NCBI GenBank assembly: GCA_038064975.1
Contig: JBBTRX010000006.1
Span: 10,994 to 74,993, forward strand
Source: Patescibacteria group bacterium
Lineage (GTDB): Bacteria; Patescibacteriota; Minisyncoccia; UBA6257; 1-14-0-10-40-38
DNA: 64,000 nt
Direction: 5' to 3'
The position numbers and the translations under genes are program-made. Positions within the stretch are counted from its first letter, which is position 1. Every line of letters begins with the position of its first letter. The notes under the pieces were generated by a model. It was not told the DNA's origin, searched no databases, and was given only the letters and a program-made list of their open reading frames with translations. Positions 34,251 through 43,395 of the stretch are shown here, piece by piece.

Positions 34251-35084
34251 ATGAAATTCGCTTTCCTTGGTACTCCTGAATTTGCAAAAATTGTTCTTGA
34301 ACAGCTGATAAGGGAAGGAATGCCCCCTACAGTCGTGGTATGCAATCCTGACCGCCCCGTGGGTAGAAAACACGCCATCACTCCTCCTCCGGTGAAAATA
34401 TTAGCGGAAGAACACAAGATTCCTGTATTCCAGCCAGAAACTCTTATCAGAGACGAGTGGCAAGTAAGAATGAAAGGCGTTGAGTTTGCCGTTGTCGCCG
34501 CATACGCAAAAATACTACCAAAAGAAATTTTGGATATTTTTCAAAAAGGCATTATTGGCGTACATCCTTCGCTTCTGCCGGAATTCCGTGGATCTACTCC
34601 GATCCAAAGCGCAATTATTTCGGGAGTAAAAGAAACGGGCGTAACTTTATTTATAACTGATAAAAAAACAGATCACGGCCCGATATTGGCTATAAAGCGT
34701 TTTAAAATAGCTTCAAACGATACGTCGTTTACGCTTATGAGCAAACTTGCGGAACTAGGAGGAATGCTTCTTGTGGAAACTATTCCTCAATGGGTAAGTG
34801 GGAAGATTAAGCCGCACGAGCAAGACCACAAGAAAGCAATAATGACTAAAAAGATTCAGACGACCGAGGCATATATTAATCCTGAAGATTTAACCATTGC
34901 AGAAGATGGAGATAAAGAAAAAGCAGGCGTAATCGAAAGGAAAATTCGCGCGTTCAATCCGGAACCCGGTGCATGGACGATGAAAGATGGAAAGCGCCTT
35001 AAGCTTCTCCAAGCAATTGTAAAAGACGATAAGCTAGTGCTTCAAAAAATACAGTGGGAAGGGAAAAAACCAACGAAGAAATAA
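34251..35084 (+). CDS. fmt: Methionyl-tRNA formyltransferase
   Basis: N-terminal FLGTPEFA, the catalytic formyltransferase signature IIGVHPSLLPEFRGSTPIQ and a C-terminal tRNA-binding domain. Confidence 0.9.
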   Translation: MKFAFLGTPEFAKIVLEQLIREGMPPTVVVCNPDRPVGRKHAITPPPVKILAEEHKIPVFQPETLIRDEWQVRMKGVEFAVVAAYAKILPKEILDIFQKGIIGVHPSLLPEFRGSTPIQSAIISGVKETGVTLFITDKKTDHGPILAIKRFKIASNDTSFTLMSKLAELGGMLLVETIPQWVSGKIKPHEQDHKKAIMTKKIQTTEAYINPEDLTIAEDGDKEKAGVIERKIRAFNPEPGAWTMKDGKRLKLLQAIVKDDKLVLQKIQWEGKKPTKK

Positions 35085-35087
35085 AAT

Positions 35088-35681
35088 ATGGATAAACTTC
35101 GGCTTTTTGCGGCAATTCCGATACCGGACGACATTGTGAAGAGGATCTTTAAAGAACTTGAGTCGGTAGAGAGAAATATTAGTTTCCCGATCCGTTTTAT
35201 ACGAACGGAGGATATGCATATTACACTCACATTTCTTGGAGAGCAAAAAAAAGATGTCATTGCGAGCATAACAAATGCTCTTTTACATACCGCGGAGCGG
35301 TTTGATTCGCCGCGCATAACATTCACGGATATTACGTATGGCCCTAAAAATCGAGGAGAGCATGTGTATACGCCACGCATGATTTGGCTGAATGGTTCCG
35401 TAGAAACGTCAGATGCGCTCGGTAAAATTAAAGAAGATTTTGAAGATCAATTATTAGACGAAGGATTGCGATTCACAAGAGAGTATCGAAAATTTACTTG
35501 TCATGTCACGCTCGCGCGGTTTCAAGCAGAGCATAAGATTGATTCTTCGGAACTTAATATTCCGTTTAATGTTGCCTTTGACGCATCAGAAATCCAACTT
35601 GTGCAATCGCGTCTTAAAAAATCGGGTTCTGAATACGAAACATTAGCGGAGTTTGAATTCCAGGAACAACCGAGCAATTAA
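35088..35681 (+). CDS. thpR: RNA 2',3'-cyclic phosphodiesterase (2H phosphoesterase, ThpR/LigT-like)
   Basis: Two H-x-T/S-x motifs (HITLTFLG and HVTLARF). Confidence 0.8.
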   Translation: MDKLRLFAAIPIPDDIVKRIFKELESVERNISFPIRFIRTEDMHITLTFLGEQKKDVIASITNALLHTAERFDSPRITFTDITYGPKNRGEHVYTPRMIWLNGSVETSDALGKIKEDFEDQLLDEGLRFTREYRKFTCHVTLARFQAEHKIDSSELNIPFNVAFDASEIQLVQSRLKKSGSEYETLAEFEFQEQPSN

Positions 35682-35741
35682 TTAGTATAATATCTGAACT
35701 TTTCTTGTAGTTAATTTTAGGTTGTTAGTTATGCGTAATTT

Positions 35742-37013
35742 TTGTACACTAATATAATGAAAGCTTTTTGGAAACATCAACTTGGAACTATCGGTGCGGC
35801 ACTTTTGATTGTTGTTGTGCTTGGCGCTGGTTTTTTCTATGTCGGATACCGTGTTGGCAGTGAAAATCCGAAAACAATCCTCGTACAGGGTGTTTCAAAC
35901 ATAAATGATACGACGAAGGATGTTGATTTTGCTCTTTTTTGGGAAGCGTGGAACTTGCTTAAGAATACTCACTTAAAAGGCGAGGAGGTGAGCAATCAAG
36001 ATTTTCTCTATGGCGCAATAGAGGGTATCACGACTGCGATTGGCGATCCGAACACAAACTTTTTCCGTCCGGAAGATTCTAAAAAATTTGAAGAAGATAT
36101 TAGTGGAAAATTTGGCGGTATTGGTGCAGAAATAGGTATGCGCGAAGATCAGGTTGTCGTTGTTGCTCCGCTTAAAGCTTCTCCTGCAGAAAAAGCGGGA
36201 CTGAAGAGCGGGGACTCCATTATTGCTGTTGATGGTCATCCAACGGCCGGACTCACCGTGGGCGACGCAGTTAAATATATTCGCGGCCCCATCGGCCAAG
36301 CAGTAGTTTTGAGCATTCTAAGAGAGGGGTGGTCGGAGATTAAAGATATTTCTATCGTAAGGGATACAATAACGGTTCCTACGTTAAAACACGAGGTTCT
36401 TGATGGGAATATCTCACACATCAGTATTTATAGTTTTAACGAGATCGCCCCTCGGGAGTTTGCAGAAGCGGCGCTTGCTGCGACCCTAAATAACACAAAC
36501 GGAATTATTCTGGATGTCCGCAATGATCCGGGAGGGTACTTGGAAGTCGCGATTAATATTGCGGGTTGGTTTTTAAACAAGGGAGATATTGTGGTCAGCG
36601 AAAAATTCAAATCAGGGCCGGATCGGGTATTCCGAGCAGACGGTAACGGTCTTTTAAAGAACATTCCCGTGGTGGTACTTATGAATCAAGGATCCGCTTC
36701 CGCGTCAGAAATTCTCGCCGGAGCGCTTCGTGACCAGCGTGGCACAAAGCTTGTAGGGGAGCATAGTTTCGGTAAAGGCACGGTACAGGAGCTTCTCCCG
36801 CTCCGCGACGGCTCTAAGCTTAAAATCACAATAGCAAACTGGCTTTTGCCGAATGGTACTATCATTGAAGAAAATGGTTTGAAACCCGATATTGAAGTCA
36901 CGATAACGGAAGCAGATGTAACTGCCGGGAAAGATCCACAGCTCAAAAAAGCAATTGAAGTTTTGCAGGCAGAAATTGAGAACAGAGAACAGCCGGTCGC
37001 GATAACAGAATAA
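35742..37013 (+). CDS. ctpA: Carboxyl-terminal processing protease (peptidase S41, CtpA/Prc-like)
   Basis: PDZ domain (GIGAEIG...SPAEKAGLKSGDSIIAVDG). Catalytic LMNQGSASASE (Ser) and GEHSFGKG (Lys) motifs. Confidence 0.9.
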   Translation: MYTNIMKAFWKHQLGTIGAALLIVVVLGAGFFYVGYRVGSENPKTILVQGVSNINDTTKDVDFALFWEAWNLLKNTHLKGEEVSNQDFLYGAIEGITTAIGDPNTNFFRPEDSKKFEEDISGKFGGIGAEIGMREDQVVVVAPLKASPAEKAGLKSGDSIIAVDGHPTAGLTVGDAVKYIRGPIGQAVVLSILREGWSEIKDISIVRDTITVPTLKHEVLDGNISHISIYSFNEIAPREFAEAALAATLNNTNGIILDVRNDPGGYLEVAINIAGWFLNKGDIVVSEKFKSGPDRVFRADGNGLLKNIPVVVLMNQGSASASEILAGALRDQRGTKLVGEHSFGKGTVQELLPLRDGSKLKITIANWLLPNGTIIEENGLKPDIEVTITEADVTAGKDPQLKKAIEVLQAEIENREQPVAITE

Positions 37014-37026
37014 GTATACTAACCAT

Positions 37027-37461
37027 ATGACCCGAGTAGTTCTTATCAAAGACGTAAAAGGCCTCGGTAAAAAGATGGAAGTAAAAGACGTTGCCGATGG
37101 CTACGCCAGGAATTTTCTTATCCCGCGGCAACTTGCCACACTCGCGGATGAAAAGATATTGAAAGAAAAATTCGCATGGGACGCGAACATTGCTCAAGAT
37201 TCTGAAGACAGAACGAGTCTTGCAAAACAGATTGGGAGGAAGGAATTTATTTTTTTTGTTAAAACAGGGGAGCAGGGTCAGATTTTTGAATCAGTACACG
37301 CTGAAGATATTGATATAGAAATCGCAAAGCACGGTTTTGCAGCAGGGAAAGCAATTTTAGAACGTCCGATTAAAGTGCTGGGAATGCATGACGTCGTTAT
37401 TGATTTTGGTAAAGGAATTAAAGGAACGGCAAAAGTGCGTATAGAGGCGAAGAAAAAATAA
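37027..37461 (+). CDS. rplI: 50S ribosomal protein L9
   Basis: MTRVVLIKDVKGLGKKMEVKDVADGYARNFLIPRQLA is the conserved L9 N-domain. Confidence 0.9.
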   Translation: MTRVVLIKDVKGLGKKMEVKDVADGYARNFLIPRQLATLADEKILKEKFAWDANIAQDSEDRTSLAKQIGRKEFIFFVKTGEQGQIFESVHAEDIDIEIAKHGFAAGKAILERPIKVLGMHDVVIDFGKGIKGTAKVRIEAKKK

Positions 37462-37464
37462 AGT

Positions 37465-37499
37465 CCCCCGCAGCGCGTGCGGGGGTTCGAGAGTTTTTA
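37465..37499 (+). terminator. Intrinsic terminator after rplI (CCCCCGCAGCGCGTGCGGGGG ... TTTTT)
   Basis: GC-rich hairpin 4 nt after the stop codon. Confidence 0.5.
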
Positions 37500-37892
37500 T
37501 AAATCTTGGATAAAGAAGTTGTCTCCAAGCTTTACCCATTCGGCATTATCTTCCGGCTTGTCTTGATGTAGAGTCCTCGTGACATAGAGGAGGCGAGGAA
37601 AGCAGGATTTCTCTCCAGGATGAGGGGCATGATCCAAAGAGTCATCCAAATACAAAATTGAATGCTTTTCTAGTCTGTGTGTTTCGAAATCTTCCCTCCA
37701 GTCCGGGCTATCTGGGCATGGAGCTGCGACCCAAAAGCCTTTCTCTGCATTCTTCAGTTCGGTTGTGGGTTTGGGGGATTTAAAGAATGGAGCCAGATGG
37801 ACACCAACAAGAGTTCCAAGAGCAAAAACCATGACAAATTCTACTGGTCTGGGAAATATATGGAGAAAAGAAAAACTCTTCTTAATGGGCAT
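37497..37892 (-). CDS. Hypothetical secreted/membrane protein (start taken at MPIKKSF, which has AAAGGA upstream)
   Basis: N-terminal hydrophobic segment. No recognisable domain. Confidence 0.35.
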   Translation of the reverse strand: MPIKKSFSFLHIFPRPVEFVMVFALGTLVGVHLAPFFKSPKPTTELKNAEKGFWVAAPCPDSPDWREDFETHRLEKHSILYLDDSLDHAPHPGEKSCFPRLLYVTRTLHQDKPEDNAEWVKLGDNFFIQDL

Positions 37893-38024
37893 GACGGTGT
37901 TTCCTTTTGAGTTAGGAAAGATCGGGGCGTATCGGGAACTAAAATAGTTATAGCACGGCATATGTGTTTTGAAAAACACAAATCAAAGCAAAATAAAAAC
38001 CGCCTTCAATACTGAAAGCGGTTT

Positions 38025-38309
38025 TTATTTTGATGGGGCTTCTACGGTGACAAGCTTGATTTTCGCAGGCGTGCCGTCAAATCGAGTCTTTCTTTTGGAT
38101 GCAATCCGTACCGTTCCTGCGGTTACGGCATAGAGCGTGTCGTCTCCTCCTTTGCGGACGTTCTTTCCTGCTGAAAAGTATGTCCCGCGTTGGCGAATGA
38201 TAACTCCTCCTGCATTCACTGTTTGACCGTTATTGACCTTGACCCCGAGGCGTTTGGATATTGAATCCCGCCCCAGTTTTGTAGAGCCACCCGATTTAGT
38301 ATGTGCCAT
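38025..38309 (-). CDS. rpmA: 50S ribosomal protein L27
   Basis: [24 protein letters not shown]...[10 protein letters not shown]... is the canonical L27 sequence. Confidence 0.95.
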   Translation of the reverse strand: MAHTKSGGSTKLGRDSISKRLGVKVNNGQTVNAGGVIIRQRGTYFSAGKNVRKGGDDTLYAVTAGTVRIASKRKTRFDGTPAKIKLVTVEAPSK

Positions 38310-38469
38310 AATTTCGCGAAATACGCAGTGTTGAGCTTGAAATTATGAGCATCTCGCCGAAGTTCTGTTTATGGAACGAAGGCGGAGGCCATTTCTCGCT
38401 CGCGGTGCTATTTCTCACTTCACTAAACTGCTTTAGTAAAGCCAGTAGACAGTATAGTATAATGATTAT

Positions 38470-39192
38470 ATGCCGTCAAACAGCAGAAAACTTGTCTTTG
38501 ATATTGAGACCATTGGAGAAGATTTTGAGGAGCTTGATAAGACTACCCAGGACGCGCTGACGCGTTGGATTGAACGGGAATCAGGAGACGATACGGAATA
38601 TCGCCTTCGGCTTGATGATCTTAAAAATGGAATGGGTTTTTCTCCGCTTACGGGGCAAATCGTCGCGATTGGTGTTTTAGACGTGGAAAAAATGAAAGGA
38701 GGGGTGTACTACCAAGCGCCGGGACAAAAATCAAAACGCTTTGACGAAGATGGCGTAACCTATGAAGCCATGACAGAGGTAGATATGGTACGAAAATTTT
38801 GGGATATTGCGCGCGAGTATGATGTATTTGTTACATTTAACGGCAGGCAGTTTGATGTGCCATTCCTCGTAACTCGTTCAGCAATCAACGGTGTAAAGCC
38901 CACAAAAGATTTAATGCGCGGCAGATATCTCTATCAACAGCATGCAGATGCGATTCATATTGATCTGCAGGATCAGCTTTCGTTTTATGGCGCAATGCGG
39001 AGAAAAGGAAGCTTACACCTATGGACGCGCGCCTTCGGTATAGTAAGTCCAAAGTCCGGTGGTGTAACAGGGGATGATGTTACTGATCTTTTTAAAAGGA
39101 AAAAATATTTAGATATTGCTCGATATAACGTACGAGATATTGTTGCAACAAAAGAATTGTATGAGAAATGGGAAACGTACTTTAATGTTTGA
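38470..39192 (+). CDS. RNase H-fold 3'-5' exonuclease (PolB-exonuclease-domain-like, YprB-type)
   Basis: Exo motif I (LVFDIETIG). Downstream acidic and Tyr-containing motifs (FNGRQFDVPFL; YNVRDI) fit DEDDy exonucleases. Confidence 0.55.
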   Translation: MPSNSRKLVFDIETIGEDFEELDKTTQDALTRWIERESGDDTEYRLRLDDLKNGMGFSPLTGQIVAIGVLDVEKMKGGVYYQAPGQKSKRFDEDGVTYEAMTEVDMVRKFWDIAREYDVFVTFNGRQFDVPFLVTRSAINGVKPTKDLMRGRYLYQQHADAIHIDLQDQLSFYGAMRRKGSLHLWTRAFGIVSPKSGGVTGDDVTDLFKRKKYLDIARYNVRDIVATKELYEKWETYFNV

Positions 39193-39200
39193 AAAATGAA

Positions 39201-39226
39201 CAATGGATAATGGACGATAAACTATC
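39201..39226. repeat. Intergenic repeat family 3 (contains CAATGGATAATGGACGAT, reverse complement of 46826-46843)
   Basis: 18/18 match to ATCGTCCATTATCCATTG at 46826. Confidence 0.55.
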
Positions 39227-39270
39227 ATCAATCTGTTTCGCAACATTCGCATTATAAATTTCGCATCGGT

Positions 39271-39426
39271 ATGCAACTTTGGCTTCAACAACATAAGCAG
39301 ATAGTACTTCTTTTCGTAATTGTATTTTTACTTGTCGTATTAAGTTTCGGGCTTGGATTTTTAGCAGGTAGTGAAACGGAGCACGCGCCGATTATTATTG
39401 AGAAAGCAGGAGAAAGTATAAAGTAG
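39271..39426 (+). CDS. Small single-TM peptide (51 aa) not in the ORF track, tentative
   Basis: ATG at 39271. Hydrophobic core VLLFVIVFLLVVLSFGLGFLAG. Flanked by TTCGCATCGG-type direct repeats. Confidence 0.25.
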   Translation: MQLWLQQHKQIVLLFVIVFLLVVLSFGLGFLAGSETEHAPIIIEKAGESIK

Positions 39427-39496
39427 AAGATATAAAGTATAAAGCGAAAAAAAATTTCGCATCATTCGCATATTTTACTTCGCATCGGAATATAAA

Positions 39497-39540
39497 AAAA
39501 GACCGCCTCCGTCCCGAAGGACGTGGCGGTTTCACTAACT
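39497..39540 (-). terminator. Intrinsic terminator for the minus-strand small genes
   Basis: Minus strand reads ACCGCCACGTCCTTCGGGACGGAGGCGGT followed by CTTTTTTT. Confidence 0.55.
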
Positions 39541-39560
39541 ACTTGGCTTCTGCTGGATGT

Positions 39561-39749
39561 TTACAGTGGGCGAACGTGAACAGTGATTTTCCCTGCGTTC
39601 TCTGACATACTGCACTGGAGAAAGCATGGTTCATATGCAGTATACATATCACTCAAAATCTGTCCCGTTCTTTCCCTCTCTTCATATGTGTCGTAGGGAA
39701 GTTCTCGTGTAAGAAGCTTGTTGTGTATGGGTTTCTGTGACTGGGTCAT
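39561..39749 (-). CDS. Hypothetical small protein
   Basis: 62-aa ORF only. Confidence 0.25.
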   Translation of the reverse strand: MTQSQKPIHNKLLTRELPYDTYEERERTGQILSDMYTAYEPCFLQCSMSENAGKITVHVRPL

Positions 39750-39769
39750 GGATGTTGCCTCTTGAGCGA

Positions 39770-39973
39770 TTACTTCTCAACCTCTTCGTAGAAGACAGTT
39801 ATGGCAAGCATGCCCTGATCCACAATTGTCTGAAAAAGATGTTTGACCTCAATCGGTCCAGCAAGAAATTCATTGACAAGGGTTTCTCCCAATAGTTCCG
39901 ATCCTGTTTCGATCGGACCACTGTGGTTTGCATGTTCATCTACTAGCATGACTCTGAATATTTTAACTTGCAT
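39770..39973 (-). CDS. Hypothetical small protein
   Basis: 67-aa ORF, co-oriented with the previous one. Confidence 0.3.
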   Translation of the reverse strand: MQVKIFRVMLVDEHANHSGPIETGSELLGETLVNEFLAGPIEVKHLFQTIVDQGMLAITVFYEEVEK

Positions 39974-40000
39974 GGCTAGTCCTTTCCGTTGAGGTTGCTG

Positions 40001-40387
40001 TTAGAGAATCGTTACGTCCAGTTTTTGTATTCCCCATGCACGCGCTGCTTCGTGAGATTCCATCCGGAGATCAATATGCCAGATGCCTTTCTTAGCATCC
40101 TGTCGCATACGGCCACCCGTATCATCCACTTCGCGTTCTCCAACTCCAGGAATCCAAAGCCGAGTACGATAGGGAATGAGTTTTGGATCTGCGGCGACGC
40201 CGTCGCAGATATGCGCGTCGTCACCGATTGAAGTTACTCGCTTTGTCTCACAAGCCCACTCGCCACAGCATTGCTCACAAAGGCAGTATGCGGTGACGGT
40301 CATAGGAATGGTGTCGGGCACGAGGAATTGAGCGAGCCAAACAAGTGGCCCCCAGATAAGTACCGCAAAAAGAATAAACTTCTTCAT
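40001..40387 (-). CDS. 3D (Asp-Asp-Asp) domain protein, MltA/YabE-like cell-wall-associated, secreted
   Basis: Signal peptide, then TAYCLCEQCCG...VAADPKLIPYRTRLWIPGVGEREVDDTGG...IDL, the conserved 3D-domain pattern. Confidence 0.7.
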   Translation of the reverse strand: MKKFILFAVLIWGPLVWLAQFLVPDTIPMTVTAYCLCEQCCGEWACETKRVTSIGDDAHICDGVAADPKLIPYRTRLWIPGVGEREVDDTGGRMRQDAKKGIWHIDLRMESHEAARAWGIQKLDVTIL

Positions 40388-40451
40388 CTCTCCCTCCTTC
40401 GGTTGTAAAGGTGCTTAAAAGTAGGCCTAATGGTTACACTTTTCGGATATA

Positions 40452-40480
40452 TTGTCAATATATAACCGATATGCTATAAT
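40452..40480 (+). promoter_or_regulatory. Strong promoter for rnpB (TTGTCA-17-TATAAT)
   Basis: -35 at 40452-40457, -10 at 40475-40480. Confidence 0.55.
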
Positions 40481-40487
40481 ATACAAA

Positions 40488-40866
40488 GCAATTCAGACGA
40501 CTACTGGATGTGTAGTAATACACATTTAGAGGAAAGTCCGGACACACAGTCTTCGCGCAAGCGAAGATAAAGGTAGCGGGTAACGCCCGTCAGCAGTAAT
40601 GCAGAGGTGCGAACAGTGACGCTCCGCGGCGAAAGTTTGCGGAGGAGCCCTATCCCAAGCTTGATGGCTTAATTCCGTTATAGGGAGAACAAAACGGAAG
40701 TGAAACGGCTAAATTCCTTATCTGTGTGCAAGGCCGTGTCCGTCCGCCAACCGGCGGACGGAAGTGCCGCTTGACCCTTTGAGTAATTGAAGGGCTAGAT
40801 AAATTGTCGTCCTCCGTTTCGCAGAAGCGAAATGGGACAGAATCCGGCTTACGAATTGCCGATAAC
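40488..40866 (+). ncRNA. rnpB: RNase P RNA (bacterial type A-like)
   Basis: P4 5' strand GAGGAAAGUCCGG, GGUAACGCC, and the 3' ACAGAAUCCGGCUUA (P4 3' strand). P1 pairing GCAAUUC (40488-94) with GAAUUGC (40853-59). Terminator hairpin at 40868-40893. Ends are approximate. Confidence 0.8.
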
Positions 40867-40910
40867 CGTCCAGCGAAAGCTGGGCGGTTTTTCGTTATAA
40901 GCTAGATGAA

Positions 40911-41366
40911 CTAAAACATCCCTTCGGATTCCAAATCAGCTCTTATTTTTCCATCAAGCGCGAGATTTACCATTGCGTCTGCTTCTTTATTTTGTTCTCG
41001 CGGAATATGCGTAAATGTTACGGATTTAAAATCTAATCTCATATTCCATATTTCCATAAAATATTTCTGCAGTTCCGGTTCTTGGATCTTATATTTTCCG
41101 TTCATCTGTTTCACAATAAGCTCGCTATCCATACGCATATCAATATCCGTTTTCTTAGCCATAATTTTTCCAAGCAATTGTTTTGCTTTTTTAAGCGCTG
41201 AAACAACGGCACGGTATTCGGCGACATTATTGGTTGCGTATCCGATGGTCTCGCCGTATTTTTTATTTCCCACGATAAACCCGATGCCGGCAGGGCCCGG
41301 GTTTCCGCGCGATCCGCCGTCGGTAAATATCTTTAACGTTGAACTTTGGAATAATTCTTCGGACAT
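40911..41366 (-). CDS. rnhA: Ribonuclease HI (start taken at internal Met MSEEL)
   Basis: IFTDGGSRGNPGPAGIG, TNNVAEYRA, DSELIVKQMNG and HIPREQNKEAD motifs (DEDD catalytic set). Confidence 0.85.
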   Translation of the reverse strand: MSEELFQSSTLKIFTDGGSRGNPGPAGIGFIVGNKKYGETIGYATNNVAEYRAVVSALKKAKQLLGKIMAKKTDIDMRMDSELIVKQMNGKYKIQEPELQKYFMEIWNMRLDFKSVTFTHIPREQNKEADAMVNLALDGKIRADLESEGMF

Positions 41367-41370
41367 ATGA

Positions 41371-42258
41371 TTATTTCGTATATCGCCACGGCGCTTTTTG
41401 ATCGGATGGAAATGAGAATCCCGATGCTGCTTTATGCCCTCCACCACCTAACTTCTGAGCTATTTTTGAAACATCCATTTTTTTACCGTCAGATCGTAGG
41501 GATACATCAACTCTTTTCCCATTATCGGACCAAATAACTCCGGCAGGGTATCCATTCAACATAATTTGGTGTCCTATTTCTGATTTCAGCATAGCAGAAT
41601 TGACCACACCTACGCGAACTCCGTTTAATATCGCAGGAGTAGCGCGAGAAGCAATTTCTTTTATTTTCTTTTCTTGATATGCAAGTATTGCCGATCCTTT
41701 TTCAGCTAATTTTTTCCGACCAACAGGGCTTTCAACTACTTTTGAAAGTTTATTCATTTCTATAAAAGACTCTCGAGTAAGAGTTATTCCAAATTCAGCA
41801 GTAATTTCCTTGGTTTTTGGAAGCTTAAATTTCCAGAGATCAATATCCTCTATATAACGGATGATGCGGGGAGTAGGTGTGCCTGGATGGAAATAATTCC
41901 AAGCGATCCAAGCTCCCGAATGAGTATCGCTATATCGATACTCGGGGGCACTAATAATAGCTGATTTTGAGCTTATATGATGATCTAAAATAATTATGCG
42001 CTTATTATTTTTTATGAGATTTTTTAATTCCTCTCCTCGGAATGTGAAATCAATCAAATAGATGGTTTTATTTTTAAAATTTGAATTGATAGGAATATTG
42101 TATTGTGTAGGAAAATATTCAGCTTGGGAGCCAAATTTTTTCCACGCCGCCCATGCACCAGCAAATCCGTCATTGCAATATGCATGATAAATAACCACAA
42201 TATCTTTTTTTGGATTGGCGAGCGCAAAATCTTCTGCTTTATAAATAGTATTCGCCAT
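41371..42258 (-). CDS. DHH-DHHA1 family phosphoesterase (NrnA-like nanoRNase/pAp phosphatase)
   Basis: DHH motif (ILDHHIS) and the C-terminal DHHA1 GGGHKAASGF. Confidence 0.8.
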   Translation of the reverse strand: MANTIYKAEDFALANPKKDIVVIYHAYCNDGFAGAWAAWKKFGSQAEYFPTQYNIPINSNFKNKTIYLIDFTFRGEELKNLIKNNKRIIILDHHISSKSAIISAPEYRYSDTHSGAWIAWNYFHPGTPTPRIIRYIEDIDLWKFKLPKTKEITAEFGITLTRESFIEMNKLSKVVESPVGRKKLAEKGSAILAYQEKKIKEIASRATPAILNGVRVGVVNSAMLKSEIGHQIMLNGYPAGVIWSDNGKRVDVSLRSDGKKMDVSKIAQKLGGGGHKAASGFSFPSDQKAPWRYTK

Positions 42259-42260
42259 AC

Positions 42261-43370
42261 CTATTTCTTTTTAGTTAAAACTGCAATACCCGGTAATTCT
42301 TTGCCACTCATATATTCCAACATTGCTCCGCCTCCGGTAGAAAGAAAGCCAAATTTATTTTCTAGCTTGAGCGATCGAATACAGGAAACGGTTTCTCCAC
42401 CGCCTGCGACAGTAAATCCTTTATGGTTTGCGAGAGCTTTCGCAATCTCTTCTGACCCTCTTGCAAACTTTTTCCGTTCAAAGAGCCCTAATGGCCCATT
42501 CCAAACTATTGTCTTAGCACCTTTAAGCGCTGCGACAAAGAGATCTGTTGAGAGCGGACCGATATCCAAAAGCTTGTTTTCCGCCCGCACAAAGTCTATA
42601 GGAAGGATGACTTTCTTTTCCCTCAGCATTTTTTTCGCGAAGGGTAGGGATGTCGGATCATATACGGAGTCTCCAATAGGGAATTTGCGTGCGGCAAGAA
42701 GAGTATTTGCTACGCCCCCGCCCAAAAGAATCGCTGCGGCGTCGTAAAGGAAATACCGAATGACTCCGATTTTATCCTTTGCCTTCGCGCCGCCTAGGAT
42801 AAGTACGAGTGGTTTCTTTGGATGTTTCATGATCATATCCAGCGTTTCTATTTCTCGCTCAAGCTGAATGCCGGCATACGAAGGCAAAAGTTTTGGCAGG
42901 GCATAGACCGAGGCATGCTTGCGATGAGACGCCGCAAACGCGTCGTTAACGTAGATATCTCCGAGCGAAGCGAGCTCTTTCGCGAAGGCGGAACTATTTT
43001 CTTCCTCTCCCGGGTGGAATCGCAGATTTTCTAGGATAAATACTGAACCTAGAGGACTTTCTGAAATAGTCGTGCGGATATGTTCAGGGTGAAGTTCGGA
43101 AAAGAATATTGGGGCCGTGCCCAGCTTTTTTTTGAGATAAGGTAACGTGATATGGAGAGAAAACTCGCCATGCTTTATAGAGGACGGTGTAGGGCGTCCC
43201 CGATGGCTCATGATAAGAACTCTCGCTCCGGCATTCATAAGAAAGCGGATGCTTGGAATTGATGCATCAATGCGGAACGTATCAGTTTTTTGCTCAATAT
43301 TAAAATCAACACGGAGGATAACCGTCTTTCCCTTAAGCTCTCCTTTTTTGCACGCTCTCAAATATTGCAT
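42261..43370 (-). CDS. pgk: Phosphoglycerate kinase
   Basis: Full-length colinear PGK with RVDFN and MSHRGRP N-domain motifs and C-terminal nucleotide-binding motifs. Confidence 0.95.
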   Translation of the reverse strand: MQYLRACKKGELKGKTVILRVDFNIEQKTDTFRIDASIPSIRFLMNAGARVLIMSHRGRPTPSSIKHGEFSLHITLPYLKKKLGTAPIFFSELHPEHIRTTISESPLGSVFILENLRFHPGEEENSSAFAKELASLGDIYVNDAFAASHRKHASVYALPKLLPSYAGIQLEREIETLDMIMKHPKKPLVLILGGAKAKDKIGVIRYFLYDAAAILLGGGVANTLLAARKFPIGDSVYDPTSLPFAKKMLREKKVILPIDFVRAENKLLDIGPLSTDLFVAALKGAKTIVWNGPLGLFERKKFARGSEEIAKALANHKGFTVAGGGETVSCIRSLKLENKFGFLSTGGGAMLEYMSGKELPGIAVLTKKK

Positions 43371-43395
43371 TCACCTATTATACCCGAAATCAGGC

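Noticed and set aside
42103-42747. 214-aa plus-strand ORF antisense to pgk
   Set aside because: Lies entirely within the well-supported pgk gene on the opposite strand. No RBS.
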